Of a DNA stretch of 64,000 nucleotides, positions 59,405 through 64,000 are shown piece after piece (the stretch's first letter is position 1; each line of letters starts with the position of its first letter). The notes under the pieces are model-generated. The model ran no database searches. It was not told the origin of the DNA and saw only the letters and a program-made list of their open reading frames with translations. The stretch spans positions 62,001 through 126,000 of the forward strand of contig JAHDYR010000028.1 of NCBI GenBank assembly GCA_019828565.1, given 5' to 3'. The translations under genes and the position numbers were made by a program. Origin of the DNA: Carpediemonas membranifera BICM. Its lineage: Eukaryota; Protista; Fornicata.

Positions 59405-62104
59405 TTTTGAGTTTTTGAGTTTATTTTTTGATACAGTGCCGGGGTGTCCACCTCCAGGCACTGGCCACAACCCGAGCCAGACGAGCGGTGATCAGCCGCA
59501 GGAGGGCAACGGTTCTCATAACATTGGAAGCCAGAGCTGCGGCGCCCAAGAGTACTGTTCTGAAGCTGCAGGGAGAGGAGGGCCTAAAACCCCTTCGAAG
59601 AAGGGTAAAAAGATGACCCACGCGGGTCGGCCAGCTCACAACTTCCAGCTCTTGGCGCTGCGGGACTCTGTGCTCCGAGCCCGATGGGGCTCCCTCAGGA
59701 CGATGATCGAGGAGGTCCTGAGACCGGGGAGGACGGTGGCGTTTTCCTATGTAAGCGAGGGAACCTACCAGTCACGCGTCACAAAGTACACTCAACATAT
59801 GTGTGAGCTTGGCGTCGTCACGCCTGCTCAGGGTCAGGGGTCCTTGAAAAGGAGGATGGGGTTAATCTTGAAGTGGTCGCACTTAGCCAAGTGGGTCTGG
59901 TTCAGGACAACCCACGTCCTGGATCTCAGCACTGCTAAGGTCTTGGTAGGGGACGTCAGGATCTCAATCACAGCCGCGGCGATGGCCTCACCCTGACAGA
60001 GAGGACATGCCTCAAGAGCTGCGGCGGCTTCCGGTTCATCCTTCAGGTCCTGTAGGATTCCCCTGACCGGCTGCCACGCGTCAGGAAGAGCCCCTCTCGT
60101 TGGCATTGGTAGACACGATAGCCGTAGCATCGCGAGGCGCTTCGCTGGCCCAGCCGTTAGATGGTCGAGGTATGGCTGCCTGGCCGGGTAGTTAGAGCGG
60201 GTAAAAGGGCGGGTGAGTGCCGACTCCGTGACGTATCTCCTGACAGCCACTTTGTTACCACGGCAGATTATGTCGTGAGAGAGCTGGGCTGCTCGACAGG
60301 CTGCTAGGTCAAGGCTGTCGGAGTGGGACAGGCCAAGGCTGCCTTGTGCCTCAGCAATGCAGTCTGGGAGATCCTTGCCCGGATGGATTCTCGCCCATCT
60401 CACCCCTTGCTTGAATCTGTCCAGCAGGAGCATTGCCTCTGGATGCAGCCAGCCTAGCTCCAGGTACTTCGCCTCCGATGCAGTTGGGCTGATCCTTAGG
60501 GCTGCCGATGCAAGCTTGCCTACCTGGGAGACAGCCTTATGATTAGCCCAGACGCTCCACCCGTACAGCAGCTTGGGGAGGGTGTAGACCTCTACAATGC
60601 GAGGACAGAACTTGGAGTGCATCACGCCGCTAGCTCTCAGTAGTCGTAGCTCTCTGTCTATCCTTTCGCCCATAGTCCTATTCTGGGTGGAGAAGTCTCG
60701 GGACGTATCGAAGAGGACCCCTAGGAGCTTGACCGCGTCTCTCTTAATGACTGGATTGCCATGGATGGTGAGGGAGGGGGTGTCGTCCTCTGAGACATAG
60801 GTGGTCTTATCGTTGGGCTCCAAGGATAGCGCTAGCATGCATGTCCATGCCGCCGTAAGTGCTGCCTCCAACCACTTAAGGGAGGGAGCTACTATTGTAA
60901 TGTCATCAACGAACAGGACTGTGACAATCCAGGGAACGCACGGCCTTGCTGCCACTCGTCTCAGGGTCTCTATGTCGGGAGGAAGCTTCTCAATTGCTTC
61001 CCTTCCCTAGAGCGGTTAAGCTTGCAATGATGTGAGGGACTTCCGCAAGGTATCTTGTGAAGATGAAGGGAGCAGTGGTGCATCCTTGCCGTACTCCTGT
61101 GTTGGTAGCGGCGCTAGTGCTGCTACCTCGCATAGAGATCCTTGTGTGCAAATGCATCTCCTTCAACATCTCAATGGCCCTTCTGTTCCCCCCTCAACGA
61201 GTCCAATGCATCTCTCCTCGGGACACGGTCAAAGGCCTTAGCCACGTCCAGAGTCCCAATGTGGGTCGCTTTGAACCCACGTCTCGCGTGCTCAATAGCC
61301 CATAGTGCATCAACCGATGAAACACCCGGCCTTGCACCGTATTGTTCAGGGGGAAGAGGGTTGTCTCGGTCAATCGTGCGGATCATCATTGTGCCGAGCA
61401 CCTTGTGGGCTGTGGAAAGTAGGGAGATAGGTCTGAACGCCACAGGAGCATCGCTAGTAGAGCCGGGCTTTTTCAATGGAATTACCACGGCGGTATGCCA
61501 CTCTGCTGGGGTCTTGAGTTGGTCAATGCACTTCTGTAGCAGAGTCTTGAGCGCCTCCTTGAGGACTGGGCAATATTTGAAAATTGCCGGGGTTAGTCCA
61601 TCACTGCCTGGGGCTGATCTATTCTTGGCAGATTTGAGAGCCCCTTCCAGGAGAGTGTCCGTGATTTCGAGCTCTATATCGGGGCGAGAGATGGATGGTT
61701 CTACTGCTCCTGCCACATATGATACTGACGCATACCACTCCTCGAAGGCCTTGGCTACTTCTTCTCGGTTGGTGATCACTCTGCCTCCCTACTGTGGTGG
61801 TAGCAGGAAGGCCGGGTCCTCTGAGTAAGCCTTCCAGGTCTCTGCGAAGACCAGACACTCTGGCCTGCCCCTTCAAAAGCTTCCAATGGACGTATCTAAA
61901 GAATTCAGGGGACATGACATCCATGCTCTCAGAGACTCGCTTGGCTCGGGCATGGTAGGCTTTGAGTGTTGAGTGGGCGTGGCTCTCCGAGGATGCTAAC
62001 GCTACTGATAGCATTGCTGATGATAGCTCAGAGCACACGAGAGCTTTGGGGCCTCTGCTCGTCCTCTCCTTGAGCTGATGTTGGTGGCGATGATCCTCAA
62101 TGAA
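59405..62104 (-). mobile_element. 5'-truncated LINE ('L-d'); 14-bp TSD
   Basis: TCCTTCTCCTCCGT at 59391 and 62105; AATAAA + (CTCAAAAA)-type tail; SAPGSDG, FRPISL, DVAKAFD, FVDD. Confidence 0.9.
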
Positions 62105-62568
62105 TCCTTCTCCTCCGTGAGGAATTCTTGCTCGAACTCAAAAATCTGGCCCACTGCGTGCTTGAACCGGGCGTTGAACAGCCCCAGGTTGTGGATGAAG
62201 TCTCTGTCGGTTCCAGATGGGAAGGAGAGACGTTGTAGTGCTTGTAAAGCGAGCGTAGCGTCGAGTGGCCGAGATAGTTGGAAGAGATGGCTAAAGATGT
62301 CGTCGTCGGACATGGATTCAGGCTCTACATCAAACCTGAAGCGTAGTTCGTCGGTTACCTGGAGCGAAAGGCAGAGGAATGCCTTAAGCGCCGGATGGAC
62401 TGTTTTGGCGAGGCGGAAATCGTGCTGGAACTTCGTACCCTGTCTCTTCACACTTTGGGAGTGGTATGTGGACGTCCATTTGTTACAGTTATAACTGTGG
62501 GAGCCCTAAGCGTGAAGAGAATGGATTTGTTTACATAAACTGCACTTATAGGTACCTCTGCTGGTACA

Positions 62569-62957
62569 TCCTGCCCTCCCGAGTCCGCTGCAGCCACTCA
62601 CGGGTGGGTACGGCTGCCATGACGGACTCGTTGTCCGGACCCTCGCTGGAAGACTCGTCGTAGCCGAGCCACTTGACGATAAGGTGGCTGGGATCGGCTT
62701 CATCGACGCCCAGGATGGCTTCGACGTAGTACTCCTCGGCGTCACCGGCCTGGAGAGCGGCCAGTTGGCCGTTGGGCTCGGTGGCCTCGACTCGGATTGC
62801 CTGATCGGCGTGGATGACCTTCTCCTCGCCGCCAAGCAGTGGCGAGATGCTGATGGCGTGGTGGTCGCGCACTGCGAGGACCTTGAACGGGCCAAGGTGG
62901 CCGTGCAGCTTGGACGGCCGTGGGTTCAGGGCCAGGACGATATCGCCAGGTGCGACT
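62569..62957 (-). repeat. Duplicate of the element E 3' end (51916-52304) sharing E's 5' LTR (tandem head-to-tail remnant)
   Basis: Essentially identical ~390 bp running directly into the LTR. Confidence 0.9.
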
Positions 62958-63290
62958 TCATCAGCGACGCCACCAATGCGAAAGTGCTACGATGGAGGCT
63001 GATGCTCGAGGAACAGAGGTTCAAGGTCGTCCATTTGCCGGGCAAGGACAATGGCGTGGCTGACGCACTGTCTAGGATCGTCCCAATAACCGAGAAACTC
63101 GAGGTACTCGACGCTCAAGACGAGTTCGAGACGATATTCCGGGCCGCCCATGGCGGGACAAGCGGTCATCGAGGACTGTACGAGACGGTCAGACATATGA
63201 AAGAGCTAGGTGGCAACCAGCCCAATCTATACAAACGAGCCAAGAAGGCGATCAAAGCGTGCCCCACTGTGGCAACTACTAAAGAACAGA
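62958..63290 (+). pseudogene. Gypsy RNase H/integrase linker fragment
   Basis: NAKVLRW, ADALSR, GHRG, ACPT. Confidence 0.8.
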
Positions 63291-63308
63291 CAAGTGTTTA
63301 TCAATTGA

Positions 63309-64000
63309 TTACTCACTGCCCTCCCTGATCAGCTCGGGGTGAGCTGTCAGGTACTTGCGGGCGGTAGGCGTATGGCGAACGCCTGAAATGGGCTCCCAGG
63401 TGAGCACATCGCTGTTGAGCCACTTGACGTGCAACTCACCGGGGCGAGAGCCGACGATGCGGTCCACAAACCACTCTTCTTCGTCGGCGGCGGCGAGATA
63501 GGCCAGCTCGGACTCGGCGCGGTCCGTGCGGAACTTGATCAGGTGTGATAGGTGTGCGGTACGGCGAGGGCCGTCGGCCATGAGAGGGACCAGCAGGGCA
63601 GTGTACGGGTTGGTCTCGATGACCTTAAAGGGGCCAGTGTGTCCGTGCAGCTTGGACTCGGAGTAATTCTTGCGCAGGACATAGTCGCCTGGCTTGATAG
63701 GTTGGGCTGGAAGCTGTCCTCTGCCCTCCTTGCGGCGGACTGCGGCCTGTTTGTCAACGGCCTTGGCGGAGAGGACGCCCAGCAGGTCGGTCATGGTGGT
63801 GAGGTACGCCGCAACGGTGGAGATAGGTGTGTCGTCGTCGACGGCAGCGGCGGCGCGTGGGTCGCGGAACTGCCGCGATGCGGCGTGTGTTCCGTAAATG
63901 AGTTCGAATGGCGTGCAACCCGTGGTGGAGTGAGGTGTCGAGTTAATTATCCAGCCCACGTAAGGCAGGATGTGGGTCGACCACTGGTCGAAGTTGTTGA
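63309..64000 (-). pseudogene. Gypsy integrase C-terminus + chromodomain (runs off the window)
   Basis: NSTPHSTTGCTPFEL, GPFKV, VKWLN..LTWEP. Confidence 0.85.

Larger units (their letters stand above)
51843..62568 (-). mobile_element. Full-length gypsy chromovirus E (73-bp LTRs 51843-51915 and 62496-62568) interrupted by two LINEs
   Basis: Gag (62479->) rejoins across a TSD at TEEKD; DPG protease, YVDD, RNase H; integrase rejoins across a TSD at DTSVT; chromodomain stop lies inside the 3' LTR. Confidence 0.9.

Noticed and set aside
1-64000. Hammerhead/HDV ribozymes, tRNA or rRNA genes; many overlapping antisense ORFs in the ORF track
   Set aside because: No complete motif recognised by eye (an Infernal scan would be needed). 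The shadow ORFs are expected from high GC opposite real coding sequence.

Overview
GC-rich eukaryotic (protist-like) DNA dominated by nested retrotransposons. Five recognisable host genes lie among them, all on the minus strand: a Rab escort protein/GDI, a GT8 glycosyltransferase, Vps72/YL1, RPL9 and a Tim50/NIF-like gene. Two of these have inferred ~30-nt introns. The mobile content comprises four APE-RT LINEs (three with clean 14-17 bp TSDs), at least five distinct Ty3/gypsy (chromovirus-type) families with very short LTRs (73-~170 bp), several CRE/R2-type RLE non-LTR fragments and an IS630/Tc1 transposase remnant. Two observations stand out. (1) A TSD-bounded, RT-less LINE derivative (2187-8506) has a 1167-aa ORF1 carrying a Maelstrom (MAEL)-type DEDDh nuclease domain, i.e. 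a retroelement carrying a piRNA-pathway-type nuclease. (2) All five gypsy 5' ends visible here lack a tRNA primer-binding site and instead have a different perfect 10-14 bp palindrome starting at the LTR end, which suggests an undescribed tRNA-independent priming or dimerisation mechanism. Further points are a conserved antisense extra ORF in one chromovirus family and a ~650-nt covarying structured 3' UTR RNA shared by two LINEs. All calls come from reading motifs by eye; no searches were run. Many single frameshifts sit in homopolymers and may be sequencing errors.
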